This document shows, one piece after another, positions 30,341 through 40,470 of a stretch of DNA of 64,000 bases. The stretch is from IMG/VR virus record IMGVR_UViG_3300044613_002297, one strand, 5' to 3'. The stretch's first letter is position 1. The number at the start of each line of letters is the position of its first letter. Source of the stretch: an uncultured virus (IMG/VR IMGVR_UViG_3300044613_002297). Lineage: Duplodnaviria; Heunggongvirae; Uroviricota; Caudoviricetes. The notes below the pieces were generated by a model. The model ran no database searches, was not told the origin of the DNA, and worked only from the letters and a program-made list of their open reading frames with translations. A program made the translations under genes and the position numbers.

Positions 30341-31218
30341 TGGGCGTCGCACACCATCGCGAACTACCGCGCTCGAACAAGTTCCGCCTCGGCGAGGCCC
30401 GCGACCTCACGCGGCAGTTCGTCATCACGCACGACGCGTCTGGGCAGGCGACGACGGCGAACCAAGTCGCCGCCGCACTGTCGCTTGACATCGGCAGCGC
30501 TCATCCCGAGTACGCCGACGTGCGGTGCGTCGAGATTGAGTACGAAGAGAACTACGAAGGCTCGCAGTACCACTCGCTTGTCACGGCGCAGTACGGCTTC
30601 CCAAGCGGCGGGCTCGATCAACTCGCGGCACCGACGAGCCGACCGGCGTTGTGGACGTTCACCACGCAGGGTGCCACGGTGCCCGCGCTCTTCTACTACC
30701 ACGGCAGCGGAAACGGCGACCAGCGTCCGCTGACCAACTCCGCGTACGACTACTTCGAGGGGCTCACAACCGACGAAGCTCAGTGCAAGGTCGTCATCTC
30801 GCAAAACCTCGCGACGTTCCCTTCATCGCTCGCGATCGGGCTCACGAACACGATCAACTCGACGAGTTGGATCGGCGGAGCCACGCATTGCTGGAAGTGC
30901 CAGGGCATCTCGGGCGAGCTCAAGTTTGAAGAGTACGGCGGCACGCTGCATCGCTTCTGGGCGGTGAAGGTCGAGCTCCTGTTTCGCCAGACGGGGTGGC
31001 CGCTGCAACTGCCCGACGTGGGATTCAATTTCCTGAGCGGCAGCGAGAAGCGCCGCGCGATGGTGTTCGACTTCCAGAACGCCGAGTGGGTCGCCTCGCC
31101 CGGCCCGGTCGGACTCGACGGCAGCGGAGGGCAGACGCTCGGTGCTCCCGCGATCCTCACGCGTCGCGTCCATCGCGAGGTGGATTTCAATTCGTACTTC
31201 GGCAGCCCGCCAGCGTAG
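30340..31218 (+). CDS. Distal tail/baseplate protein
   Basis: Directly follows the tape measure gene. Confidence 0.65.
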   Translation: MGVAHHRELPRSNKFRLGEARDLTRQFVITHDASGQATTANQVAAALSLDIGSAHPEYADVRCVEIEYEENYEGSQYHSLVTAQYGFPSGGLDQLAAPTSRPALWTFTTQGATVPALFYYHGSGNGDQRPLTNSAYDYFEGLTTDEAQCKVVISQNLATFPSSLAIGLTNTINSTSWIGGATHCWKCQGISGELKFEEYGGTLHRFWAVKVELLFRQTGWPLQLPDVGFNFLSGSEKRRAMVFDFQNAEWVASPGPVGLDGSGGQTLGAPAILTRRVHREVDFNSYFGSPPA

Positions 31219-31228
31219 GAGACTTCTC

Positions 31229-31600
31229 ATGCCAGACATAACGTACAACGTGCAGGTGAGCGCCTCGCGTGGCGCTCTCGTACAGCAGTTCTTCGCCAAT
31301 GGCATCACGACCGACATGAGCACGACCGGCGTGCTCGCGGCGACGCTCGATCTCACGACGGCGACGAGCCAGTTCGTGACGAGTGCCGCCTCGACGCTCG
31401 GGCTGTGCTTCGCCCGCTCGCTCGTGACGAGCACGAACCAGACCGCCACCGTGTCGTTCGGCCGCCTCGACGGCACGACGCTCCACGAGACGGTGCGGTT
31501 GCGTCCCGGCGATGCCGCACTCTTCCGCCTCGCTCCCGGCAACTACGCCGCGAAGGCAGCGTCCGCCGGTCGCCTCATGCTCCAGGTACTGGAGGACTGA
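31229..31600 (+). CDS. Tail-associated protein
   Basis: AGGAG RBS; Thr-rich beta protein. Confidence 0.6.
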   Translation: MPDITYNVQVSASRGALVQQFFANGITTDMSTTGVLAATLDLTTATSQFVTSAASTLGLCFARSLVTSTNQTATVSFGRLDGTTLHETVRLRPGDAALFRLAPGNYAAKAASAGRLMLQVLED

Positions 31601-31603
31601 GTC

Positions 31604-32170
31604 GTGGCCGACCCGGTGATCTTCGATCGCTCGTCTGCCGAGCGGATCGCGAACGCCGTGCGTCGCGTCGAGATCGGCGATCGCACCGAGAGCCCGTTAC
31701 GGTTTGACACGGTCCCGCCGACGCAGCAGCGGAAGACGTTCCGCATCGCGACGTTCAGCGGCGCGTGGGCGATCAATTCGACGAAGACCGTCACGTTCAA
31801 GTACCAGACTGCGACGCCGAATACCGCGAGCGTGGTCAATCTGTTCTTTCCGATGCCCGCACCGGCAGGCGAGACGGACTGTGCCGTCGCGAAGGACGGC
31901 ACTGCGTGGCATCTGATCGACGTGCCGTTCGAGACGGCGACGGCGGTGTTTATTTCGCAAACCGCTACTGGCGTTCGCGTGGTCTCAACGGCGAACCAGA
32001 CCGCCGTCGCGAATGTACTGATTGCGGCTACGCTCAACACGTCGAACTGCTCGATCACGGTGTCAAGGACACAAGCGACCGTCAGCCTTATCGTGCTGCA
32101 ATCGACGGCAACGGCCGTGTTCGTGTCATCGACCTACACCGCTTCCTTCGTTCAATTCAAGGTGACGTGA
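31604..32170 (+). CDS. Tail-associated protein
   Basis: GGAGG RBS; position in the tail operon. Confidence 0.6.
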   Translation: MADPVIFDRSSAERIANAVRRVEIGDRTESPLRFDTVPPTQQRKTFRIATFSGAWAINSTKTVTFKYQTATPNTASVVNLFFPMPAPAGETDCAVAKDGTAWHLIDVPFETATAVFISQTATGVRVVSTANQTAVANVLIAATLNTSNCSITVSRTQATVSLIVLQSTATAVFVSSTYTASFVQFKVT

Positions 32171-33210
32171 TGAGTTGCCCGTGTTGCCTTCCCGCCAGTT
32201 GCGACTGCCCCGGAGCCGGGTGCAATATCAACATTACGTACGCAGGACAAACAACGGTTGTTCCGTTCCAGCCCAGTCAAGCATCGCAGTTCTTTTTTGA
32301 GTTCGGACAGCAAAATCGCTTTGCTGATGACGGGATATCTGTGATCGCTAACCTTCGCTACCGGAATCTTGCCAACAGCACCGCGTCTATAAGACAGTCG
32401 CGAGGCATGTGGGTCGCGCCATGTATGACCACTGCGTCATCTCGGGGCGTGTCCGTCGCGTCATTCTTGAACGACAGGACTTGCCCCAACTACGAGCAAA
32501 TAACTTCTGGCGGATACTTTCAAGGCGCGCCAATCAACCTAATCCTGTGCTTTGGAGAGGAAATCGGGCAAACCGTATGCAATATGTATACCGTGGGCAT
32601 TGATGACGGCAGCCCGTGTCCTCTTCCGCTTGGACAGCCAAAGACAAGGTACGTGCTTGCCCTTGCTGGTTCAGTCCGAAGCACTGGGGCGACAATAGCC
32701 TCGGCTTTCAATAACGCATCGAAGTGCCAAGAAGGGTGCGATCAGCAGTTACAGCAAGTTATCGACACGGCTGTCATTACGATAAACCTCCCTTCCACAA
32801 CTTGCGAGCCATTCAAGGCTATTGTGCATGGGCTGAGCCTAAGCGGCGAGGCAGCAGAGGCCGACTTATGCAGAGACATAGGTTATCGTACTGGTCCATA
32901 CGTTCATTGCCTATCTGGAGGGCCGCCGGTTTGGCAATTACCGGCTGGCTGTGAGGTCACTAGGTTTGAAATAGCTCGCTCCCCGAGTTCTTCAGACAGA
33001 GGAACTACGGTGGTGCAATTCGTGAACGGCAGCAACATTGAAAGAGCAGCAAACGGACCGATGATCCAAGGCATTTCTGAGCCAAGTCCGTGCAGCTACG
33101 TCATCTCCCCGGCCCAGCCAAACAACTGCCCAAACTTTTCTGGCTGGAGTTTCGCTTGTGATCTGTGGACGCATCAATCTCCTACAGTGTCCTTAGTGTG
33201 TGCGCCATGA
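32170..33210 (+). CDS. Cys-rich, lower-GC tail-tip/receptor-binding candidate
   Basis: MSCPCC start, many cysteines, and an abrupt drop in GC content. Confidence 0.6.
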   Translation: MSCPCCLPASCDCPGAGCNINITYAGQTTVVPFQPSQASQFFFEFGQQNRFADDGISVIANLRYRNLANSTASIRQSRGMWVAPCMTTASSRGVSVASFLNDRTCPNYEQITSGGYFQGAPINLILCFGEEIGQTVCNMYTVGIDDGSPCPLPLGQPKTRYVLALAGSVRSTGATIASAFNNASKCQEGCDQQLQQVIDTAVITINLPSTTCEPFKAIVHGLSLSGEAAEADLCRDIGYRTGPYVHCLSGGPPVWQLPAGCEVTRFEIARSPSSSDRGTTVVQFVNGSNIERAANGPMIQGISEPSPCSYVISPAQPNNCPNFSGWSFACDLWTHQSPTVSLVCAP

Positions 33211-33659
33211 AGTTGCTTTTAGTTTCTTCGATTCTTGAAGTTGCCAACGAACGCCCGGAAGGATATGTGGAGGATGTGTTACAAAGCGGACAAGTAATAA
33301 ATGATGAAAACGGCCAGCCGTGGCACGTTGTTATTCACGACGCAAAGTTTTATCAACTTGTCGCCAAGTATGCTCCTCACGTAGCCGAATTGGCGAAGCG
33401 GCCGCAGGTCGGCCCCGGCACTGAACTGAAAAAACTTCTCGCCACGGTCGGCATCACCGCCACGCCGAACTGCTCATGCAACGCTCGCGCTGCGGAGATG
33501 GACCGCCAAGGCTCGGAATGGTGCGAGTCGAACCTCGACACCATCGTCGGCTGGCTCCGCGAGGAAGCCGAGAAACGCGGACTCCCCTTCCTCGATGTCG
33601 CCGGTCGCCTGCTCGTCAAACGAGCAATCCGCAACGCCCGCCGTGCCGCTGCGAATTGA
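33207..33659 (+). CDS. Hypothetical protein
   Basis: GPGTELKKLL...CSCNARA..MD..G..WC domain. Confidence 0.7.
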   Translation: MKLLLVSSILEVANERPEGYVEDVLQSGQVINDENGQPWHVVIHDAKFYQLVAKYAPHVAELAKRPQVGPGTELKKLLATVGITATPNCSCNARAAEMDRQGSEWCESNLDTIVGWLREEAEKRGLPFLDVAGRLLVKRAIRNARRAAAN

Positions 33660-33695
33660 CAACCTATCCACCATGAACGCAGGAGGACGGGTGCC

Positions 33696-33983
33696 GTGGC
33701 GGATGATCACACGATCACGATCGCGGGCGAGAAGTGGCTACTCCGCTTCTCTCGGCTGAAAGGTCGTGCCGACGGGTGGACATGCTACGACGAAAAGCCG
33801 CCGAAGATGCTCGTCGATGAGCGATTGACCGGCGGGCAGCGTCTCGAAACAGTCCTCCACGAGATCGCCCACGCGGTGCTCGGCTCCACGATCTCTGAGG
33901 AGACGGTGACCGAGTTGGCCCGCGTGCAGCGTCGTGTCCTCTGGCAGATCCTGCGTTACCGGGAGGTGCCGCGTGGCGAGTAA
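33696..33983 (+). CDS. HEXXH metallopeptidase-like protein
   Basis: ETVLHEIAH motif. Confidence 0.65.
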   Translation: MADDHTITIAGEKWLLRFSRLKGRADGWTCYDEKPPKMLVDERLTGGQRLETVLHEIAHAVLGSTISEETVTELARVQRRVLWQILRYREVPRGE

Positions 33984-34245
33984 GGGGAAGCCTGCGTCGA
34001 TTGCCGACGAGATCGTCTCTCGCGTGCAGAACTACAAGCCCGGTTTCAACGCGTGGCACTGCGACCTTCCCTCCGACGTACTCGCGGAGCTGGAAGCGCT
34101 TCGCGAGCGGTGGGTGAGCGGCGAACTCGGACTGCAAAAACGCGCTCTCGCGCGGTCGATCATTCAGTCCCTCAAGGATCGCGGGCTGCCAGTGAGCGGC
34201 GTACAGGGAGTCGAGCATTGGCTAACCGCAAACAGGCGTCGCTAA
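33973..34245 (+). CDS. Hypothetical protein
   Basis: GGAGG RBS; coupled ORF. Confidence 0.6.
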   Translation: MASKGKPASIADEIVSRVQNYKPGFNAWHCDLPSDVLAELEALRERWVSGELGLQKRALARSIIQSLKDRGLPVSGVQGVEHWLTANRRR

Positions 34246-35294
34246 CCGACGCTGTCATCGCTGCCGCCGCCACGGCCGAGCAACTCGCCGCTGACGCCGA
34301 GGTCGCACGGCTGCGTGCTGAGGTGGCGGCGCTGAAGGGCCGCTACCGATCCGCACTCGCCCAGATCGACCGCGAGCGGGAGCGTGCTGACGCGTTCGTC
34401 CAGCTCAAAGGAATCGAGGCAAAGCGCCCGCTAACCAAAAGCGTAAAGGGCAAGCGGCACCCTGCGACGATGGTCGTGCTGCTCTCTGACATCCACTGCG
34501 AAGAGACCGTGCGGAGCGAGCAGGTCAACGGGCTCAACGCCTTCGACCTTGACGTGTGTGACGCCCGGCTCTCCGAACTCTCGGAGCGATTCTTCGCGCT
34601 CCTCGAACACGAGCGGCAACTGTGCAAGATCGACCGCGTCGTCGTCTGGCTGGGAGGCGACCTTATCTCAGGGATGATCCATCCCGAGCTCGCGGAGGAG
34701 AACTCTCTGCACCCGCTCGCGGCTCTCCGGTGGATCGGCGAGCGGCTGCGTGGATTCATCGACGCCGTGAGCGACACGGCCAGCGAGGTGCTTGTCGTCA
34801 CGTCGTGCGGGAATCACGGGAGGACGACCGAGAAACTTCGCACGAACGAAGCGGATACGTCCTACGAACACCATCTCTACGTGACGATGGCGGCTGCGGA
34901 GTCGCGGAAGAACGTCGCGTGGCGAGTGGGCGAAGGGCATCTCAACTACGTCGATCTCGACGGGTTCACGATCCGGTTCATGCACGGCCACGCGGTGCGA
35001 TACCAGGGCGGCATCGGGGGCATTCACGTCCCGCTGAACAAGGCGATCGCCGCGTGGGACTCGACGCGACGCGCGGACCTAACGTGCCTCGGGCACTGGC
35101 ACCAGTTCTCGTGGTCACGCTCGGGCCGGTACGTCACGAACGGAAGCGTGATTGGACCGAGCGCCTACTCTGTGCGAATCAAGGCTTCCTACGAGCCGCC
35201 ATGCCAAGCGGCGTTCGTTGTCGATCATCATCGACGCGAGGTGACGCGAGCCTATCCCGTGTTCTGCGACAGAGACCTGAGAGGAAAGACGTGA
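34218..35294 (+). CDS. Calcineurin-like metallophosphoesterase
   Basis: LSDIH, GGDLISG, GNHG, HGH and GHWH motifs. Confidence 0.88.
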   Translation: MANRKQASLTDAVIAAAATAEQLAADAEVARLRAEVAALKGRYRSALAQIDRERERADAFVQLKGIEAKRPLTKSVKGKRHPATMVVLLSDIHCEETVRSEQVNGLNAFDLDVCDARLSELSERFFALLEHERQLCKIDRVVVWLGGDLISGMIHPELAEENSLHPLAALRWIGERLRGFIDAVSDTASEVLVVTSCGNHGRTTEKLRTNEADTSYEHHLYVTMAAAESRKNVAWRVGEGHLNYVDLDGFTIRFMHGHAVRYQGGIGGIHVPLNKAIAAWDSTRRADLTCLGHWHQFSWSRSGRYVTNGSVIGPSAYSVRIKASYEPPCQAAFVVDHHRREVTRAYPVFCDRDLRGKT

Positions 35295-35878
35295 CCGAAG
35301 CAACGCTCGAATCCGCCAACGCCGCCCTCCGCAACGCCGTCGAGTCCCGCCTCGCTGGACGATCACCGATGGCGGCGAGCCTGGAGGGATGCCCGCCTGC
35401 ATTGGAGGCGGCGACGAGAGCGCTGAGCGACGCGGCAACCACCGAAGAATCATCGGAGGTCTACGCGGAGTGGACGCCGCCCGACTACGCGACGCGGGTC
35501 GAGGCGGTCAAAGGCTTTGCCCGGCTCGTCGAGGAGGCAAGGCCCGCGCGGGTCGCACGGGAGACGCATCCGACGAGTCAGGCGTTCTTCGACTTGTGCG
35601 ATCAGATGAAGGAGATGCACCGTCGGAAGAGCAGGGACTACGGGTGCCCGAGTGGCGAAGACCCGCTCGCGAACATTCGCAACGGGGCGAAGTTTGTAGG
35701 CATCCCGTCGTGGAAGGGTGCGATGGTCAGGCTCTCCGACAAGGTGACGAGGCTGGCCGCGTACAACGCCACCGGGCGGCTGGAGAACGAGAGCTTGGAG
35801 GACAACCTCTTCGACCTCGCGTCCTACGCACTGCTCGCCCTGCTCCTACACCGAGAGGATCGCAATGCCACGTCCTGA
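35291..35878 (+). CDS. Nucleotide-modification-associated (DUF1599-like) protein
   Basis: KSRDYG...DPLAN...RLSDK..RL...ESLEDNLFDLASY pattern. Confidence 0.65.
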   Translation: MTEATLESANAALRNAVESRLAGRSPMAASLEGCPPALEAATRALSDAATTEESSEVYAEWTPPDYATRVEAVKGFARLVEEARPARVARETHPTSQAFFDLCDQMKEMHRRKSRDYGCPSGEDPLANIRNGAKFVGIPSWKGAMVRLSDKVTRLAAYNATGRLENESLEDNLFDLASYALLALLLHREDRNATS

Positions 35879-36050
35879 GCACCCGCCGCTCACCGAGGAC
35901 GACCTCGCGCAGATCGAGCACCGTGCCCGTCGGTTCAGCGGTGCCTACACCGGCACGAGCGGCACGCTCGCGGGCGACGTGATCCGGCTGCTCGCGGAGC
36001 GGGCTCGCCTCCTCGCGATCATCGCCGTGCTCCAGAGCGAGGACGCTTGA
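35865..36050 (+). CDS. Hypothetical protein
   Basis: Coupled small ORF. Confidence 0.55.
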   Translation: MPRPEHPPLTEDDLAQIEHRARRFSGAYTGTSGTLAGDVIRLLAERARLLAIIAVLQSEDA

Positions 36051-36280
36051 TGTTCGGCGACCTGCGAAGACGCATCGAGCAGCTAGAGTCGGTCGTCTCG
36101 ATCATGGCGGTGAATCAGCGCACGATGGCCGAGTCGATGAAGACGCTCGTGGAGTCGGCGAACCAGAACGCGGACCACTGCAATAGAAATTTCACGTCGA
36201 TCGTGGCGTCTTTGCAGCAGATCGTCGATCGGCTCTCAGAGGACGCCTCAGACGATTGGTGGCGTCACCCGCACGACTGA
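36050..36280 (+). CDS. Coiled-coil hypothetical protein
   Basis: Coupled ORF before a hairpin. Confidence 0.55.
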   Translation: MFGDLRRRIEQLESVVSIMAVNQRTMAESMKTLVESANQNADHCNRNFTSIVASLQQIVDRLSEDASDDWWRHPHD

Positions 36281-36284
36281 CCCT

Positions 36285-36342
36285 AGGCGGCCGGGAGCGG
36301 CGGCGCGAGTCCTCCTCCGCTCGCGCCGCCCCCGGTCTGCCA
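36285..36342. terminator. Long GC hairpin at the end of the late operon
   Basis: GGCGGCGCGAG...CTCGCGCCGCC inverted repeat extended by CCGGG/CCCGG. Confidence 0.55.
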
Positions 36343-36402
36343 GGCGAAAGCCCCGTTTTCCCCGAGGAAAGTCGCCTCCCGAAAAAATCTTTTCAAGCCC
36401 CC

Positions 36403-36430
36403 TTGCCTAGTATTCCGATGACGGTATACT
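36403..36430 (+). promoter_or_regulatory. Sigma70-like promoter with operator
   Basis: TTGCCT-N16-TATACT; operator TTCCGATGACGGTA at 36413-36426. Confidence 0.7.
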
Positions 36431-36435
36431 AGGGC

Positions 36436-36699
36436 ATGACAGGACACGACACCGCGAACGAAAGGGAAGCAGCGATGACCACGACCAGCGACAACCTGAC
36501 CAACGCCAAGCACCTCGCCGCGACTGTTGGCGTCGAGCAGGCTTGGTGCATCCAGTATCAAAGCGGCAAGCACTACATCGTCTCGGACGCCTACGGCCAG
36601 CGTGGCTCGAAGCGTCGCTTTCACGTCACCGATGACGACGCGATCGAGCTCGCACGAAAGGCGGGAGTGCAGTGCAGCGACGAAGGCGAGATTCTCTGA
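36436..36699 (+). CDS. Hypothetical protein
   Basis: ORF immediately after the promoter. Confidence 0.6.
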   Translation: MTGHDTANEREAAMTTTSDNLTNAKHLAATVGVEQAWCIQYQSGKHYIVSDAYGQRGSKRRFHVTDDDAIELARKAGVQCSDEGEIL

Positions 36700-37391
36700 G
36701 GGTTCTCGATTTGTTCTGCGGGGCTGGGATGGCGGCAGACGGCTATGCCGCTGCTGGATTTGAGCCAACAGGGGTAGATATCGTGATTCGCCCCGGCTAC
36801 CCCTATGCGTTCAAGTGGGCGAGTGCCCTTTCGATTCTGCGCGACCGTGAGTTCGTGGAGTCGTTTGATCTGGTTCATGCGAGCCCGCCGTGCCAAGCAC
36901 ATACAAGGGCGAAGCATCTACGCGATGCCCAAGGCGGCAACAGCAAGCATGGCGATCTGCTCACTCCAACGCTGCGGCTCTTGCGGAAATACGATGTGCC
37001 GTGGGTCGTGGAAAACGTACCTGGGTCGCCGGGCATGGCCGACGCAGTGATCGAGTGCGGCTCTGCTTACGGGCTCAAGGTTCGCAGGCATCGCCTGTTC
37101 CTGGCGTCGTTTCCGCTGGTCGGCTCGGGGTGTCGGCACGCCGAGCAAGGGAAGCCGGTCGGCGTCTATCACATCATGGGAGACACCTGTAAGGGCGTCT
37201 GCAAGAGGACCGGCAAGCTGGTCATCGGCGGATCAACTGCACGCACGGTCGAAGAGGGTCGCGAGGCCATGGGCGTTTCGCGGAGCCTATCGTGGGAAGA
37301 ACTGAAGGAAGGATTTCCGCCCGCCTACACCGAGCACATCGGCATGCAGGCGGCTAAGTGGATTCAGCACAACACGCAGGGCGTGGCATGA
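36672..37391 (+). CDS. DNA (cytosine-5) methyltransferase (start uncertain)
   Basis: LDLFCGAG, SPPCQ, VENV and RRHRLF motifs. Confidence 0.88.
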   Translation: MQRRRRDSLRVLDLFCGAGMAADGYAAAGFEPTGVDIVIRPGYPYAFKWASALSILRDREFVESFDLVHASPPCQAHTRAKHLRDAQGGNSKHGDLLTPTLRLLRKYDVPWVVENVPGSPGMADAVIECGSAYGLKVRRHRLFLASFPLVGSGCRHAEQGKPVGVYHIMGDTCKGVCKRTGKLVIGGSTARTVEEGREAMGVSRSLSWEELKEGFPPAYTEHIGMQAAKWIQHNTQGVA

Positions 37392-37624
37392 CGAAGCACG
37401 AGCCGACTGATTGGATCCCACTTCCCGAAGCCGCCCGCCTCGCTGACGTGACCGACCGCTGGATGCGGACGCTCGTGCAAAACGGTCGCGTCGTCGGGCT
37501 CCAGGTCGGGCGGAACTACATCGTGAGCCGGGCGAGCGCCGCCGCCTACGTGCGGAGCGAGACCGAGGGCAGACCGCGAGCGGCTCGCCCAAGGAAGAAG
37601 GCGGCGAAGCGGAGGAAGCGGTGA
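37388..37624 (+). CDS. Excisionase-like HTH protein
   Basis: WIPLPEAARL...VGRNYIV...GRPR; convergent with the integrase. Confidence 0.75.
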   Translation: MTKHEPTDWIPLPEAARLADVTDRWMRTLVQNGRVVGLQVGRNYIVSRASAAAYVRSETEGRPRAARPRKKAAKRRKR

Positions 37625-37625
37625 C

Positions 37626-38774
37626 CTACGCCGCATCCCCCTGCCCGGCGATCCACCCGTCGAGGAGCCCCCGGCTAAACGCCGCCACGTCCTCGGGCTC
37701 GATGCCCGCAGCCGCTGCCAGGGCGTCGTGCTGAGCCCGTGGCGGGCAGGCGAGCCCTCGGGCGGCCATCGACCGCCCGACCACCGCACCGGCTTCTACG
37801 GGGCCGCTGGACGCCCGTGCAGGCGTGGGCGGCTTCGGGGCCGGTGGCGGGGCTGGGCGGGCCGCACGTCGCTCGCTGGGGAGCTTGGGGAGGAGGTCGA
37901 GCGGGTCGTCGCGGCGCACGATTTCGTCGATGAGGTAGTGCGTCCTGGTCGTCTTGCTGTCCGAGTGCGACAGGAATTCGGTAGCATCCCCGCCCCCGGC
38001 GGCGACGAACGAACCGGATGTCTTGCGGATCGAATGGAAGCCACGGCAGGGAACGCCAGCACGGCGGCAGATCTGCTTGAGCGATCCCCACAGGGACTCA
38101 AACTCGCGGTGCTCGACCCACGGCCACACGAGGTCGTCGTCGTTGCGGCGGTGCTTGGCGAGCAACCGAGCGAGCTCGGGCGTGATGCTGCGGATGATCG
38201 TCTTCACGCCGCCCTTCCTCCCCGCGCCGTCGAACAAGACGCGGCGGGTCTCAAGATCTACATCACGCCATCGCACCGACATGAGCCCGCCGATCCGCTC
38301 GCCGGTCTGCCACGCGCACATTAGGAGCGACCGAAAGAGCCACCATGCCGGGACCGGGCCGACGCTGCCACGGTAGGACAGCGCCGCCTTGAGCATCGCG
38401 TCGATCTCGTCGAGCGAGTATCCGCGAGGAGGGCGGATGGACACCTTGACCAACCCTCGCGGGAGGTCTGGGTGCTCGATCAGCGTGCCATCGCTGCGGG
38501 TCATCCGTTTTTTTGCAGCGTGAGCCCAGAGCGTGACGACGCTCGTGAGGTCTTTCTTCACCGTGGCCGGTCGTGGCGGCTTGCCACGCCAGTGCGGCGT
38601 CTCTGCTCGCCACCGCGAGAACTGAGCGATTGCCGTGTCGTCGAGGTCGTCGAGCGTTGATGGACGCCCGAGCCATTCCTCAAACCGATCGAGCGACGTG
38701 GCGAACAGTTTGACGGTGCGATCCTTGAGCGCGTGCCTCACGGCGTAGATCTTGAGCAGGTCGCGGAGTGTCAT
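37626..38774 (-). CDS. int: Phage tyrosine integrase
   Basis: TGERIG (R), RKGG (K), FHSIRK (HxxR), LSH and HY catalytic residues. Confidence 0.93.
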   Translation of the reverse strand: MTLRDLLKIYAVRHALKDRTVKLFATSLDRFEEWLGRPSTLDDLDDTAIAQFSRWRAETPHWRGKPPRPATVKKDLTSVVTLWAHAAKKRMTRSDGTLIEHPDLPRGLVKVSIRPPRGYSLDEIDAMLKAALSYRGSVGPVPAWWLFRSLLMCAWQTGERIGGLMSVRWRDVDLETRRVLFDGAGRKGGVKTIIRSITPELARLLAKHRRNDDDLVWPWVEHREFESLWGSLKQICRRAGVPCRGFHSIRKTSGSFVAAGGGDATEFLSHSDSKTTRTHYLIDEIVRRDDPLDLLPKLPSERRAARPAPPPAPKPPTPARASSGPVEAGAVVGRSMAARGLACPPRAQHDALAAAAGIEPEDVAAFSRGLLDGWIAGQGDAA

Positions 38775-38914
38775 GGCTTCCTCGATTAGATGGGACTACT
38801 GTACACCCGTCCCCTGCATACAGCGAGGGGAGTGCCCTCCGCTGGAAAGATCGCCTGAGGACTCGAAACTTTAGGTGTGGCTGAGCCGGTCGGGCAAGGC
38901 GACGCGGCGGCGAT

Positions 38915-38942
38915 TTGACCGCATTTGCCACGTCGGTAGTAT
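38915..38942 (+). promoter_or_regulatory. Sigma70-like promoter with operator
   Basis: TTGACC-N16-TAGTAT; operator TTGCCACGTCGGTA. Confidence 0.65.
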
Positions 38943-38948
38943 GGGGTC

Positions 38949-39218
38949 ATGCTGATGGCGCTGAAGGAACCGTCGCGAACGCTTTGCACCTGCCGGGAGG
39001 CAGCCGAGATCCTCGACTGCACGATGGGCAGGGTTCGGCAGCTCTGCCGCAAGCCGAAGGGCGGCGGCGACCCGTCGCTCTGGAGCCGCAAGCTCACCGG
39101 TCGGGCGCTCGTCCTCGACCTCGACGAGGTGAAGCGGCTCGCCAAGGCTCGCCAGAAAGCCCGTGACGCGGGCATCCAGCGTGGCCCGGCCCCAGGCGGG
39201 TTCTCGCCGGATACCTAG
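38949..39218 (+). CDS. HTH DNA-binding regulator
   Basis: CREAAEILDCTMGRVRQLCR helix-turn-helix. Confidence 0.75.
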   Translation: MLMALKEPSRTLCTCREAAEILDCTMGRVRQLCRKPKGGGDPSLWSRKLTGRALVLDLDEVKRLAKARQKARDAGIQRGPAPGGFSPDT

Positions 39219-39263
39219 TTTTCCCCGGCGAAACGCAGGTCGAAAAAAATTTCTCATGCCCAC

Positions 39264-39291
39264 TTGCACAACCTACCGATGTCGGTACAAT
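39264..39291 (+). promoter_or_regulatory. Sigma70-like promoter with palindromic operator
   Basis: TTGCAC-N16-TACAAT; TACCGA-TG-TCGGTA at 39274-39287. Confidence 0.75.
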
Positions 39292-39342
39292 ACGGGCGTC
39301 GGGCAGATGAGACCTGACACCACGCGAACCGGGAGCCGAACG

Positions 39343-39825
39343 ATGATTGCCGCCGCCACTAAGACCAAGAAAATCACCATCGCGACCGTGAAGGCTTTTA
39401 TCCGCAAGGCTAAGGCTGCGGGGACGCTGCTGGTCCGGTGCGACTCTTGCTTTGACGGGATGACTGACTCGATCGAAAACAACAGGGACGCCCAGTTCAC
39501 GACGACCTCTGAATGCCGCGACAACGGAAACAACATGGGCATTCGAGGCATCAACTTTGTGGCGTCGAGCGGCAACTGGTGCAAGGCTTATGACGATGGC
39601 ACGTACGCAGGCTTTGAGGTGTCGAACTGCTGCGGGTCTTGGGTGGTTGCCACGATGAAGCCGACGGTGTCGGCCGCAGACAAGAACGCTGCCATCAGCC
39701 GGATGATTCTTGACAAGGTCGCCTCTGGCATGGCGTTGCAGTTCGCTTTCGATGCCGTGCTCGGGGCTGGCCGATACGAGTCGCTCGTTTCGGAAGTGTA
39801 TGACGCTCTCCGCGTGACGGCCTGA
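39343..39825 (+). CDS. Early hypothetical protein
   Basis: KITIATVKAFIRK...FDGMTD...GFEVSNCCG phage domain. Confidence 0.7.
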   Translation: MIAAATKTKKITIATVKAFIRKAKAAGTLLVRCDSCFDGMTDSIENNRDAQFTTTSECRDNGNNMGIRGINFVASSGNWCKAYDDGTYAGFEVSNCCGSWVVATMKPTVSAADKNAAISRMILDKVASGMALQFAFDAVLGAGRYESLVSEVYDALRVTA

Positions 39826-39915
39826 CCAACCACCCCGCCCGTCGGCAATCGGGCCGACGGGCACGATAGACTCGACACCCCGCCCCGCGAGGGGCACAAC
39901 CCGGAGGACAGGACG

Positions 39916-40419
39916 ATGGCGCGAATTTCTGGAGACAAAGCTGGCGACGGATACGCCTACGACTACATCACGCGACGCGAGGACGGCACGCTGCGACTGT
40001 ACTCGCAGGTCTGCCACGTAGATGAGGACGGCTATATCGTGGCGTACCATGACCCGACGGACGCGACTAACACGATCGATGCCGATGGACTGCGTGGCTG
40101 GGCGGACACATGGACTCTCGACACCGAGCACGGCGATCCGGCCGACTGCATCGTCGGCCCCGGCGAGAAACTGATCGCCCACAAGCTGACGCGCAATGAG
40201 GAGCTTGATCGAGTCGTCGGCACAGGGCATCGCGACGACGAGCCTGCCGAGTACAGCATCGCCTACATGATCGAGGCGACCGGCGAGTTCGATGTCGTCG
40301 AGACGTTCACCGCCGCTGACGACGCAGACGCGAACGCCTACGCCGAGGCGAACCACGACGGCGAGTGGTATGTGCTCAACGCCGCCGGTCGCAACATCAA
40401 CGCCGGAATCGACGGCTGA
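39916..40419 (+). CDS. Acidic hypothetical protein
   Basis: GGAGG RBS; 167 aa. Confidence 0.7.
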   Translation: MARISGDKAGDGYAYDYITRREDGTLRLYSQVCHVDEDGYIVAYHDPTDATNTIDADGLRGWADTWTLDTEHGDPADCIVGPGEKLIAHKLTRNEELDRVVGTGHRDDEPAEYSIAYMIEATGEFDVVETFTAADDADANAYAEANHDGEWYVLNAAGRNINAGIDG

Positions 40420-40470
40420 TCGGCACGTCGCCGGTCAGGGACGACACCTACCAGGGCAAGGAGGCCCACC

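Noticed and set aside
37626..38774. Tyrosine recombinase as the integron integrase
   Set aside because: It lies about 11 kb from the array, next to an excisionase-like gene, and shows no IntI-specific insertion before the HxxR box. It looks like an ordinary prophage integrase.
38775..38915. attP or tRNA fragment near the integrase
   Set aside because: No cloverleaf or duplicated core is recognisable, so it cannot be placed from this window.
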